This document shows positions 49,269 through 58,275 of a stretch of DNA of 64,000 nucleotides, one piece after another. The stretch is from Candidatus Nanohalarchaeota archaeon (GTDB lineage Archaea > Nanohalarchaeota > Nanosalinia > Nanosalinales > JAFCCC01): contig JAFCCC010000001.1 of the NCBI GenBank assembly GCA_017610385.1, positions 1 through 64,000 on the forward strand, written 5' to 3'. Both the position numbers and the translations under genes were made by a program. Every line of letters begins with the position of its first letter. Within the stretch, counting starts at the first letter, position 1. The notes below the pieces were generated by a model. It made no database searches and was not told where the DNA came from. It saw only the letters and a list, made by a program, of their open reading frames with translations.

Positions 49269-49970
49269 ATGTTCAAAACTTCGCCTGCTGTTTTAAATTT
49301 AAGTCCTAATCTTTCACGCTGTGTGGGGTTGTGGTTAGCGGAAGGAGATAATAAAACTAAATCAGAAATAACATTTACTAATTCTTGTGCCGATTTAGTT
49401 GACTTTTTTGCTGAGACAATTATTCAGGAATTTGCGTTCAAAGGAAATCCAAGAATATACTGTTATTCTCATGAAAATCTTATGAAACTAAAGAAAATTG
49501 GAATCGCCGATTTGCATCCTCTAAAGAAAATTGCATTCGAACGAATGGTTGAAACTTACAAAGAAATTCATTATCCTGCCCATTTTTTGAAAAATAGAAT
49601 TTGGAAAGATCTTAAAGTACCTCATACATCTCAACAACTTTCGAAAAAATCTGATCGTTCTATTGCGAGAATACAAGATATAGTGATACAGCTTAAGAAA
49701 GATGGTAAAATTAAAGATTTTAGAGTGGAAAGTACAAACTATTGGATTCGGAGTGATCAGAATATGATAATCATCTCCAACACAAAAAAGAAATATCTGG
49801 ATCTATTGGGAGCTGAAGCTCTGTCAATAAAAAAAATATCTTCTCATTTCGAAGTGAGACTGCGTTCTTCGTACAAAATTCTTAAGAGATTAGAACAATT
49901 GAGATTAATTAAAAAAGATAATCATAAATGGAGAAAAGTTCATACAAATAAGAAGGTGATTGTTTTGTGA
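49269..49970 (+). CDS. LAGLIDADG-like protein with C-terminal HTH repeats
   Basis: GLWLAEGD...ITFTNS; two wHTH-like segments. Confidence 0.6.
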   Translation: MFKTSPAVLNLSPNLSRCVGLWLAEGDNKTKSEITFTNSCADLVDFFAETIIQEFAFKGNPRIYCYSHENLMKLKKIGIADLHPLKKIAFERMVETYKEIHYPAHFLKNRIWKDLKVPHTSQQLSKKSDRSIARIQDIVIQLKKDGKIKDFRVESTNYWIRSDQNMIIISNTKKKYLDLLGAEALSIKKISSHFEVRLRSSYKILKRLEQLRLIKKDNHKWRKVHTNKKVIVL

Positions 49971-50674
49971 AAGAAATTAAACTAATATTAGGCATCGATG
50001 AGGCGGGCAGATCTTGAAAGTCTCTTGGTTTTCAGGGGCCCAAAGGGCCTGTAATCGGTAGCATGTTCGTAGCAGGGGCAGTCATAGAAGAAAACCGAGA
50101 ATCTGAATTAAAAAAACTGGGAGTAAAAGACTCTAAAATGCTCAAAGAAAAAGATAGAGAAAGAATGGCTGCGGAATTACCCGGAATTCTTAATAAATAC
50201 GCAGTTAAAGAAGTTACAGCTATGCAAATCGATGAATTAATGAAAACAATTAATTTGAATGTTATTGAAATGCAAATGTTCGCTAAAATAATTCAAGAAT
50301 TAAAGCCAGATAAAGTAATAATAGACCTTCCGGAAAATAATGCTGAAAAATTCATCTTGAAAGTAAAAAAATTCATGGATCCAAAACAGTATAAAAATCT
50401 TGAGTTTGTTGCAGAACACAAAGCAGATGAAAATTATCCGATTGTAAGTGCAGCTTCAATTTTAGCGAAGAGTGCAAGAGAAAAACATGTAAAAGATCTT
50501 TATGGGGAATATGGTTATTTCCGAACAGGTTATCCTCATGATGAAGACACAATAAATATGCTTGAAAGGTATGTTAAAGCAAACAAAAAGCTTCCAGAAA
50601 TAGCCAGACATTCATGGAGTACATCTAAACGAATTTTAAAGAAGTTCGCCCAGAAAAAATTAGGGCAATTTTGA
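49967..50674 (+). CDS. rnhB: ribonuclease HII, spliced: join(49967..50010,50044..50674)
   Basis: AGGTGA Shine-Dalgarno plus GTG; splicing restores ILGIDEAGRGPVIGSM; DSK, KAD, VSAASILAK, GYP. Confidence 0.92.
50011..50043 (+). other. 33-nt BHB mRNA intron in rnhB
   Basis: GGGC AG|A TCTTGAAAG...TTTTCAGGG GCCC AA|A; contains in-frame TGA. Confidence 0.88.
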
Positions 50675-50708
50675 AATTTATTTATATAATCTAAACCTTA
50701 TTAAAACT

Positions 50709-50849
50709 ATGCTTGGTCATATAAAAAAATTAAGTAAAAAGCAATTAATTTCTACATTTGCGATTGTTCTACTTATTTTGGTGTTTGGTATATTGATATT
50801 CAATGGAACAATAACAGGAAGCGTAATTAGAAATGCACTTTTAAGATAA
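50709..50849 (+). CDS. small single-TM protein (46 aa, not in ORF track)
   Basis: MLGHIKK...AIVLLILVFGILIFNGTITGSVIRNALLR*; TATA upstream. Confidence 0.55.
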   Translation: MLGHIKKLSKKQLISTFAIVLLILVFGILIFNGTITGSVIRNALLR

Positions 50850-50903
50850 TTCATCTCGCAAAGAATAAAAAGATTTTAAAAGAACTTATTGAAAAGAGTT
50901 ATT

Positions 50904-52214
50904 ATGAACTTAAAAGATCGAATCACAATTTCTGAGGCATTAAAAACAAAAGAAGGATCTAAAGTAAGTGTTGCTGGTTGGCTAGAAAATCTAAATGTTT
51001 TGGGCAAGATTGCCTTTCTGAAACTAAGAGATGGAACAAGCATAATGCAACTGGTTGTTTCTAACAAAAAATTATTAGAAGAATTAAAATTAATCCACCC
51101 AGAAACAGTTGTTTTAGTCGAAGGACTTATACAAAAAGGCCAACAAAAGTCAGGTGATAGGGAATTAGTCGCTGAAAAATTTGAATATTTGGGCTTTGCT
51201 GAGGCACCATTACCTATTGATTTTTCTGGAAAGATTGCAACGTCTATGGATAAAAAATTGGATTGGAGGTGCTTAAGCTTAAGAAATAAGAAAGATCACT
51301 CAATTTTCAAAGTTCAAGCCAAATTAATAGAAGGAATTCAGGAATGGCTAAATAAAAATGGATTTTATCAAGTATTTACTCCTTGTATTATGGGTACGCC
51401 GTCAGAATCTGGAAGTGAAGTTTTTGAAATTAAGTATTACAATAAAAAAGCATTTTTGAGACAAGATCCGCAGTTGCATAGACAATTAACAATTGCAGGA
51501 GGACTAACAAAAATTTATGACATTGGGCCTAGTTGGAGAGCTGAAAAGAGTCATACAAGTAGACATTTATGTGAGCATAGAACTTGTGCAGTTGAAATTG
51601 GATTTATTAAATCAGAACAAGATACTATGCGAATTGAAGAACAAGTTATTATTTCAGCATTTAGAAAAGTTAATGAATCCTGCCAAGCAGAATTAAAAGA
51701 ATTACAAATTAAATTAAAAATCCCAAAAGCACCATTTCTAGAACTGAAATTTCCAGAAGTATATTCTATCTTAGAAAAAATGAATAAAAAGAAGCAAATT
51801 GGGGATACATTAGATACAGAAGATGATAAATTATTGTGGGAATACATTCAAAAAGAATATCCTGCATGCGAATTTTACTTTATTAATGGGTTTCCCTTTG
51901 CTCATAAACCATTTTACGTGATGAATAATGAGAATTCAAAATACGCCAGAAGCGTTGATTTATATTATAAAGGAATAGAAATGTCTTCTGGAGGACAAAG
52001 AGAACACAGATACAATAAACTTATAGATGCAATTAAAGAAAAGAAATTGAATCCAAAATCTGTGGAGTGGTTTACAAAATTTTTCAAATATGGGGTTCCA
52101 CCACACGGAGGTTTTGCTTTAGGTATTGAAAGAATCACAATGGCCTTATTGGATTTAGATAACATTCGAAAGGCGGTTTTATTTCCTCGGGATTCAGAAA
52201 GATTCTCACCATAG
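50904..52214 (+). CDS. aspS: aspartate--tRNA ligase (archaeal type)
   Basis: FLKLRD, RAEKSHTSRHL.E, SGGQREH, PPHGGFALGIER, FPRD. Confidence 0.93.
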   Translation: MNLKDRITISEALKTKEGSKVSVAGWLENLNVLGKIAFLKLRDGTSIMQLVVSNKKLLEELKLIHPETVVLVEGLIQKGQQKSGDRELVAEKFEYLGFAEAPLPIDFSGKIATSMDKKLDWRCLSLRNKKDHSIFKVQAKLIEGIQEWLNKNGFYQVFTPCIMGTPSESGSEVFEIKYYNKKAFLRQDPQLHRQLTIAGGLTKIYDIGPSWRAEKSHTSRHLCEHRTCAVEIGFIKSEQDTMRIEEQVIISAFRKVNESCQAELKELQIKLKIPKAPFLELKFPEVYSILEKMNKKKQIGDTLDTEDDKLLWEYIQKEYPACEFYFINGFPFAHKPFYVMNNENSKYARSVDLYYKGIEMSSGGQREHRYNKLIDAIKEKKLNPKSVEWFTKFFKYGVPPHGGFALGIERITMALLDLDNIRKAVLFPRDSERFSP

Positions 52215-52261
52215 TCTTTTCGAGAAAATATTTATAACCTTCTCGAATAAATAAGAAAGAT

Positions 52262-54805
52262 ATGGCAAGGATTAATAAACTTACAATGGAAGGTTTCAAG
52301 TCGTTCCAACGGAAAACCGCCATACCATTCTTTCCCGGTTTAACTGCGATTGTTGGAGAAAATGGCGCAGGTAAAACCAACATTTTAGATGCGTTATTCT
52401 TTGTTATGGGTAATCGTACATCAAAGTTAAGAACAGATAAAATGACTCATCTAATTTTTAATGGTGGAAAAAATCATAAACCAGCGGAATATGCTATGGT
52501 TACCTTGCATATTAATAATAAAGACAAGTTATTTGACGAATATCTGGGTGGTGCTCATGCAGAAGAAATTACAATTGCTAGAAAAGTGACTCGGGCGTCC
52601 TCAACATATAAATTCATGGGGAAAAATTGCCAAAGAAATATTGTTGATGAAATTCTTTCTAAATTAGCGCTAGACTCTTTTGAAAATAGCTTCATAAAAC
52701 AAAATGAAATTACTAGAATAGTAAAAAAGAATGCTCTTGAACGAAGAAAAATTGTGGATGAACTTTCAGGTGTGGCCGCCTTTGAAGAAAAAAAACAAAA
52801 AGCGATGAAAGAGTTAGAAAAAGTTGAATTAAACCTAAGAGAAAAAGATATTATTTTAGAGGAAAGAAAAACATTATTATTAAAATTAAAGTATGAAAAA
52901 GACAGCGCCTTGAAATACAAGAACCTTGACGAGTTGAAAAATAAATTAGAATTTGCAATTCTCATGTTACGAAAGAAAGTACTAATGGCTCAGGTAGAAA
53001 AAAACATTGAAAAAATCAAAGAATTAAAAATCAGAGAAAGTGAATTTACCACAGATTTAAGTGAATTAGATGTATCTTTGGATTCTACGGAAGAAGAAAT
53101 GGGTAGTTTGGATGAAGGAATTGAAAAAAACCAAGAACTATCTATTTTTAGAGAAATAGAGCATTTGAAAAACCAGGTTTTCAGGAGACAAGGCGAAATT
53201 AAAAGTAAATTATCTGAAATACGAACAATAGAACAATCTATTGAAGAAATTAACAATCTACGAAACAGATATCAAGGACGAGGTGAAAACAAGGCAGTTC
53301 GGTCAATTCTTGAATTAAATTGGATGGGGGTACATGGAACTGTAAGAGAATTAATTAGTGTGCCAGAGAGATATTCTATTGCATTAGAAACCGCTGCAGG
53401 AGGACATCTATCCGATTTGGTGGTAAATACTCGAGAAATTTCAATTAAGTGTATAAACTACCTGAAAAAAGAAAATCTAGGGCGAGTTAGGATTTTGCCA
53501 TTAGAAAAACTATCAAATCATGCTAAAAATCCAAGAACCGAGAGAGCATTACAAAATCCGGGAGTTATAGATTATGCAATTAATTTGATAAGTTTTGAAC
53601 CAAATTTCGGAAAAGCAGTAAGATATGTTTTGCAAGATACTTTGGTGGCAGAAAATTTGGAAGCAGTTAAAAATGTCGAAGGAGTACGTGTAGTTACTTT
53701 AGAAGGGGACTCTCTAAGTGCGGGTGGTGCAATGGTTGGCGGGTCAAAAATTCAATCAAGGAAAACAGAAACCAAATCTTTTGATGTATCACACAAAATA
53801 AAACGCGTTGAACTTCTAAAAAAAGAAATTGAAGATTTAAAAAGAGAGATTGGAGATTTAAATGGTGTTTTAGATCAAAAGAGATCTTTAGAAGAAAAAG
53901 AGAGTACAGATTCTAGAAGTCTAATTGATAAAAGGAAAGATATTACCAAAAGATTAGATGATTTAAGAAAATCAAGAGAGAATAGTTATTCTGAGCTATC
54001 TAATACGAAAATGACTTTGAATAAATTAGAAGGAAGTAATTTGCATTTTGAAAATGAATTAACAGAAATTGAACAAATGAGAAAAGAAATTAAAGAGTAT
54101 AAAGACAAAGAAATTGAAGAATTCATGACGTCTACTGTAGAGACTTTAAAATATAAAAGAACCTCTGCGATTAAAAAGCTCAATAACATAGGTATTGTTA
54201 ATTTTAAATCAATAGACGAGTATGACCAGTTCAAAGAAGAATATGACAAGTATAAAAACAAGGTAGAAGGCATACGAATAGAAAAAGAAGAAATTGAACA
54301 GATAATTAAAGAGGCAGAAAATAGAAAGAAAGAAAAATTTATGATTTCTTTCAAAAAACTGACAAATGATTTTGACAAGGTTTTCAAAAAAATATTTGAT
54401 GGAGGAGAAGCTTTTCTGGAGTTGGAAGATTCAGAAAATATTGAAAGTGGATTGATTATCAAAGCGCATCCACCACACAAGAAACCACATGTTATAGATT
54501 CTTTAAGTGGGGGAGAACAGACTTTAACAGCCATAGCGTTTATTTTTGCTGTTCAAGAACAAAAAAAGAGTCCTTTTTACATTTTAGACGAAATTGATGC
54601 TTCATTAGATGCAAGTAATTCTAAAAAAGTGGCGAAACTATTAAAGAAATACGCGGAAAATTTACAATTGATTATGGTTTCACATAACCAAGAAACAGTA
54701 AGATTTGCTGACCGTGTTTATGGGGTTTCCATGGAATCTGGAGTTTCCAAAATAAGATCTATTGATTTAAGTAATATTATGGATACCAAAGAATCAAATA
54801 ATTAA
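52262..54805 (+). CDS. smc: chromosome segregation protein SMC (short, 847 aa)
   Basis: GFKSF, GENGAGKT, hinge, LSGGE, ILDEID. Confidence 0.93.
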   Translation: MARINKLTMEGFKSFQRKTAIPFFPGLTAIVGENGAGKTNILDALFFVMGNRTSKLRTDKMTHLIFNGGKNHKPAEYAMVTLHINNKDKLFDEYLGGAHAEEITIARKVTRASSTYKFMGKNCQRNIVDEILSKLALDSFENSFIKQNEITRIVKKNALERRKIVDELSGVAAFEEKKQKAMKELEKVELNLREKDIILEERKTLLLKLKYEKDSALKYKNLDELKNKLEFAILMLRKKVLMAQVEKNIEKIKELKIRESEFTTDLSELDVSLDSTEEEMGSLDEGIEKNQELSIFREIEHLKNQVFRRQGEIKSKLSEIRTIEQSIEEINNLRNRYQGRGENKAVRSILELNWMGVHGTVRELISVPERYSIALETAAGGHLSDLVVNTREISIKCINYLKKENLGRVRILPLEKLSNHAKNPRTERALQNPGVIDYAINLISFEPNFGKAVRYVLQDTLVAENLEAVKNVEGVRVVTLEGDSLSAGGAMVGGSKIQSRKTETKSFDVSHKIKRVELLKKEIEDLKREIGDLNGVLDQKRSLEEKESTDSRSLIDKRKDITKRLDDLRKSRENSYSELSNTKMTLNKLEGSNLHFENELTEIEQMRKEIKEYKDKEIEEFMTSTVETLKYKRTSAIKKLNNIGIVNFKSIDEYDQFKEEYDKYKNKVEGIRIEKEEIEQIIKEAENRKKEKFMISFKKLTNDFDKVFKKIFDGGEAFLELEDSENIESGLIIKAHPPHKKPHVIDSLSGGEQTLTAIAFIFAVQEQKKSPFYILDEIDASLDASNSKKVAKLLKKYAENLQLIMVSHNQETVRFADRVYGVSMESGVSKIRSIDLSNIMDTKESNN

Positions 54806-54883
54806 TATTAAACAAATGAAAGAAAGCTTTTAATACTATAGAGAGGTATATGTTTGAAAAGGGGGGCGGGCAAAGGAATTTAT

Positions 54884-55618
54884 ATGCTCGACTTAGAACT
54901 GCCAGAAACAGAGATTGCAAAGGAAGAACTTAGTATGGAGTTTATTCTAAAAAATAACTGGAATTTGGTATTAGATACACTTTCTAGAGGTCTGGATCCA
55001 TGGAATGTGGATATAACTAAACTTGCATCAAGATACAAAAAATACATTCAATCGATGGAAGATTATAACCTTAAAGTACCTGCAAGATTTATTCTTGTTT
55101 GTTCGATTCTTCTACGAATGAAAGCAGATATTTTATTTGGAAAGCGGGTTATCCATTCTGAATTACCAATAGAAGAATTTAATGAAGATTTCTTTGATAA
55201 CGACCCGCAAAAAGAGCAGTATATCCCAAATATAAGTTTTCCTGTAAGGCGTGCTCCAGTAAGAAGAGTAACTTTGGAGGACTTGAAATCTGAACTCGCA
55301 AAGGCGATGAATATTGAATACTCCCGTAAAAAAAGATGGTCTGAAAGAAAAACAGATTTTGGAATTCATTTGAAAAAATCAAATATAGAAGAAAAACTCA
55401 ATGGAATGATGGAAATACTAAGAAACGTTTTAGTAGGTCATAAAACAATTTCATTTGAAGAATTATTACAGGATAAAAATAAAAAAGAAGTGGTGGAAAA
55501 ATTCGTAAATATTTTACGATTGGAAAATAAAGATCAAATAAAATGTAGCCAAAAAGAATTTTTAGGAAAGATTCTAATAAAATTAAAAAAAGAAATGCAG
55601 GCAAGAGAAAATGAATGA
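54884..55618 (+). CDS. scpA: kleisin ScpA
   Basis: LDPWNVDI..LA, LLRMK, VTLEDL, F..IL.L. Confidence 0.9.
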   Translation: MLDLELPETEIAKEELSMEFILKNNWNLVLDTLSRGLDPWNVDITKLASRYKKYIQSMEDYNLKVPARFILVCSILLRMKADILFGKRVIHSELPIEEFNEDFFDNDPQKEQYIPNISFPVRRAPVRRVTLEDLKSELAKAMNIEYSRKKRWSERKTDFGIHLKKSNIEEKLNGMMEILRNVLVGHKTISFEELLQDKNKKEVVEKFVNILRLENKDQIKCSQKEFLGKILIKLKKEMQARENE

Positions 55619-56108
55619 TAAATTGGCATTGTTAGAAGCTGCGTTGTTTTTGTCAGCGAAAGCACTTAGTGTTAATAACCTTGCAGATATTTTGGGTTTT
55701 GGTTCTCCAGGATATGTACAAAAAATAATAGATGAATTGAAAGAAGAACTAAAAAAAGATTATAGAGGCATTGAATTAATTGAAAGTAATGGAAAATATG
55801 AATTAAAGGTTAAATCGAGTTTAATTAATAAAGTTGCATATCTTGCTCCAGATCAAGATATTTCCTCGGGAACTCTTAGAACACTATCTCTAATAGCCTA
55901 TGAAACACCAGTTCAACAAAGCAAAATAATTGAAATTAGGGGAAATCGAGGATATTATCAAATTCAAGAATTAAAGGAAAGGGGTTTTGTAACTTCTGAA
56001 AGAAAGGGAAGGACCAATGTTTTAAGTATCACCAAAAGCTTCTTGGATTATTTTGGATTAGAAACTCCCGAAGAATTTAGAATGAATTTTTCAGCTGATT
56101 CTCAGTAA
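55611..56108 (+). CDS. scpB: ScpB
   Basis: LEAALF, TLSLIAY..P, IRG, FLDYFG. Confidence 0.93.
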   Translation: MNDKLALLEAALFLSAKALSVNNLADILGFGSPGYVQKIIDELKEELKKDYRGIELIESNGKYELKVKSSLINKVAYLAPDQDISSGTLRTLSLIAYETPVQQSKIIEIRGNRGYYQIQELKERGFVTSERKGRTNVLSITKSFLDYFGLETPEEFRMNFSADSQ

Positions 56109-56153
56109 ACGCAATAGTACAGAATTATAAACTTTCAAATAGTAGAGTTTCTT

Positions 56154-58124
56154 ATGGTTTATGAAATTTCATCTATTGATTTATTGGCATTGCTTCCTGA
56201 GTTGCAACAATTAGAAGGAAGTAGAATAAGTAAAATTTATCAAAGAGATAATGAAATAATCTTGGATGTGTATAAAAGTGGGGATAAAAAATATTCCTTG
56301 TTCTTGGCTGCCGGAAAGGCATTTCTAACAAATTATAAAAGAAAAGTTCCAGAGATTCCTCCAAATTTTTGCATGTTTCTTAGGAAATATTTGTTAGGAA
56401 AATATATTACAAAAATAAAACAAAGGAGTTTTGATAGGATTTTAGAAATTCAGATAGAACATTATATTTTAATTTGTGAGGTATTCGGTTCAGGCAACTT
56501 CATTCTAGTGAGTCATGAAAAAATTTTGGCGGCTATGCATCCAAAAAAATGGAAAGACCGTTCTATTTTTAGAGGTGAGTTATACAAAGCCCCGCCTTCG
56601 TCTTTAGACCCCCGACTAATAAAACCAGAATCATTTGCAAATATAAGAAATTTTGACAAACCAATTGTTTCTGCACTTTCTACTATATTTGGAATTGGTG
56701 GGAATTACGCAGAAGAGGTATTATACAGAACTGGGGTAGATAAGAATACCTCATGTAAAACTCTAGAAATAAAACAACTAAACCTGATCTTACACACACT
56801 AATAAAACTAATTTTAGGAGTAAATACTCTTTTTAAACCGAATATTGTGTATAAGGATGGTGAACCTTTGCTAGTTCTTCCAATAGACTTTTTTAAATAC
56901 AAAAATTTTGAAAAAACATATTTTGAAACTTTTTCCAGAGCATTAGACGAATATTATACCTCCCTTGAAAAAAAAGAATCTATAGAAGAATTTATTGCGC
57001 CACAACAGAATAAAGTAGAGGAATTAGAAAGAATTAAAAAACAACAAATTGAAACACTTTCTAAATTGGAAAATGAGCATGAAAAAAGTAAGGAAAAAGC
57101 AGATTTGATATATCGTAATTATTCTCTAGTCGAAACAATTATCAGTGCTCTAAATTCTGCAAGAGGAAAATATGATCAAAAAGAAATAGAAGAAAAACTA
57201 TCACAAGAAAAAGCGCGGGGCGGTATTGAAGCAGGAGCAGTTATTTCAATTAATTTTGCAACCAAGATGGTTCTATTGGATTTGGAACAAGAAATTGAAG
57301 TTGATTTTTCGTTGGGTGTAGAAAAAAATGCTGAGCGATATTATGAACAATCGAAACAAGCCAATAGAAAAATGGGTGGCCTAAGAAAGGCCTTAGAAGA
57401 AACCAAATTAAAATTGAATAAACTTGAGAGTAAGGAAATTCCAATACAATCTGAATCATTTCGACCAATTTATAGTAATCGAAAAAAATATTGGTATGAG
57501 ACATTTCGATGGTATTTTACTAAAGAAAATATCTTGGTCATTGGTGGAAAAGATGCTATGACCAATGAAATTTTAATTAAAAAATACACAGAAAGCACAG
57601 ATATTGTAATGCACGCCGAGCTACCTGGTGCACCGTTTGTAGTAATTAAATCAAACGGAGGCAATATTTCTGAAGAAGTACTCAAAGAAGCTGCGATATT
57701 TGGTATATCTTATTCTTCTTCATGGAGCAAAGGAATAGGAAATGCAGATATTTATTATATTAAACCAGAACAGGTTGTTAAAGTTCCTGGGTTATCAAAG
57801 GGAGCGTTTCAAATACAAGGTAAGCGAAATTATATCTATCATGCACCACTAGAACTGGCTATAGGCCTTCTTGAAAAAGATTCGGATCTTCGAATCATGG
57901 GTGGCCCAATAAACTCTGTAAAAGACGTATGTAAAACATACGTGATAATTAAATATGGCGTGGATAAAAAATCAGATATTGCAAAGAAAATCAAATTCTA
58001 TTTCGAAAAAAACATTAAAGAAAAAATAGACTTAGATGAAATAATTCGAGCATTGCCTCCTGGAAATTGTAAAATTGAGAGATATTCTGAACAAATAAAT
58101 AGAACTACGAGCACTCGTAGTTAA
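56154..58124 (+). CDS. ribosome quality-control protein Rqc2/NFACT
   Basis: FCMFLRK, FDRI, WYETFRW, GGKDA..NE. Confidence 0.93.
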   Translation: MVYEISSIDLLALLPELQQLEGSRISKIYQRDNEIILDVYKSGDKKYSLFLAAGKAFLTNYKRKVPEIPPNFCMFLRKYLLGKYITKIKQRSFDRILEIQIEHYILICEVFGSGNFILVSHEKILAAMHPKKWKDRSIFRGELYKAPPSSLDPRLIKPESFANIRNFDKPIVSALSTIFGIGGNYAEEVLYRTGVDKNTSCKTLEIKQLNLILHTLIKLILGVNTLFKPNIVYKDGEPLLVLPIDFFKYKNFEKTYFETFSRALDEYYTSLEKKESIEEFIAPQQNKVEELERIKKQQIETLSKLENEHEKSKEKADLIYRNYSLVETIISALNSARGKYDQKEIEEKLSQEKARGGIEAGAVISINFATKMVLLDLEQEIEVDFSLGVEKNAERYYEQSKQANRKMGGLRKALEETKLKLNKLESKEIPIQSESFRPIYSNRKKYWYETFRWYFTKENILVIGGKDAMTNEILIKKYTESTDIVMHAELPGAPFVVIKSNGGNISEEVLKEAAIFGISYSSSWSKGIGNADIYYIKPEQVVKVPGLSKGAFQIQGKRNYIYHAPLELAIGLLEKDSDLRIMGGPINSVKDVCKTYVIIKYGVDKKSDIAKKIKFYFEKNIKEKIDLDEIIRALPPGNCKIERYSEQINRTTSTRS

Positions 58125-58275
58125 ACCTTTTTTAGTGGAATACTGGAACGCAGGTAACTACTAAGTTATGTAAAATCTTTAATAAATAAAGATAGTGTCT
58201 TAAAAAGCTTATGTGAATTAAAAATTCAGTAATAAAACGCATTTGAATTTAAGATGCAACTGGTCTGTGTTAGAA

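Noticed and set aside
50011-50043. Stop-codon readthrough or selenocysteine at the rnhB TGA
   Set aside because: It would insert 11 residues into the invariant DEAGRGP motif; the BHB explains the sequence exactly
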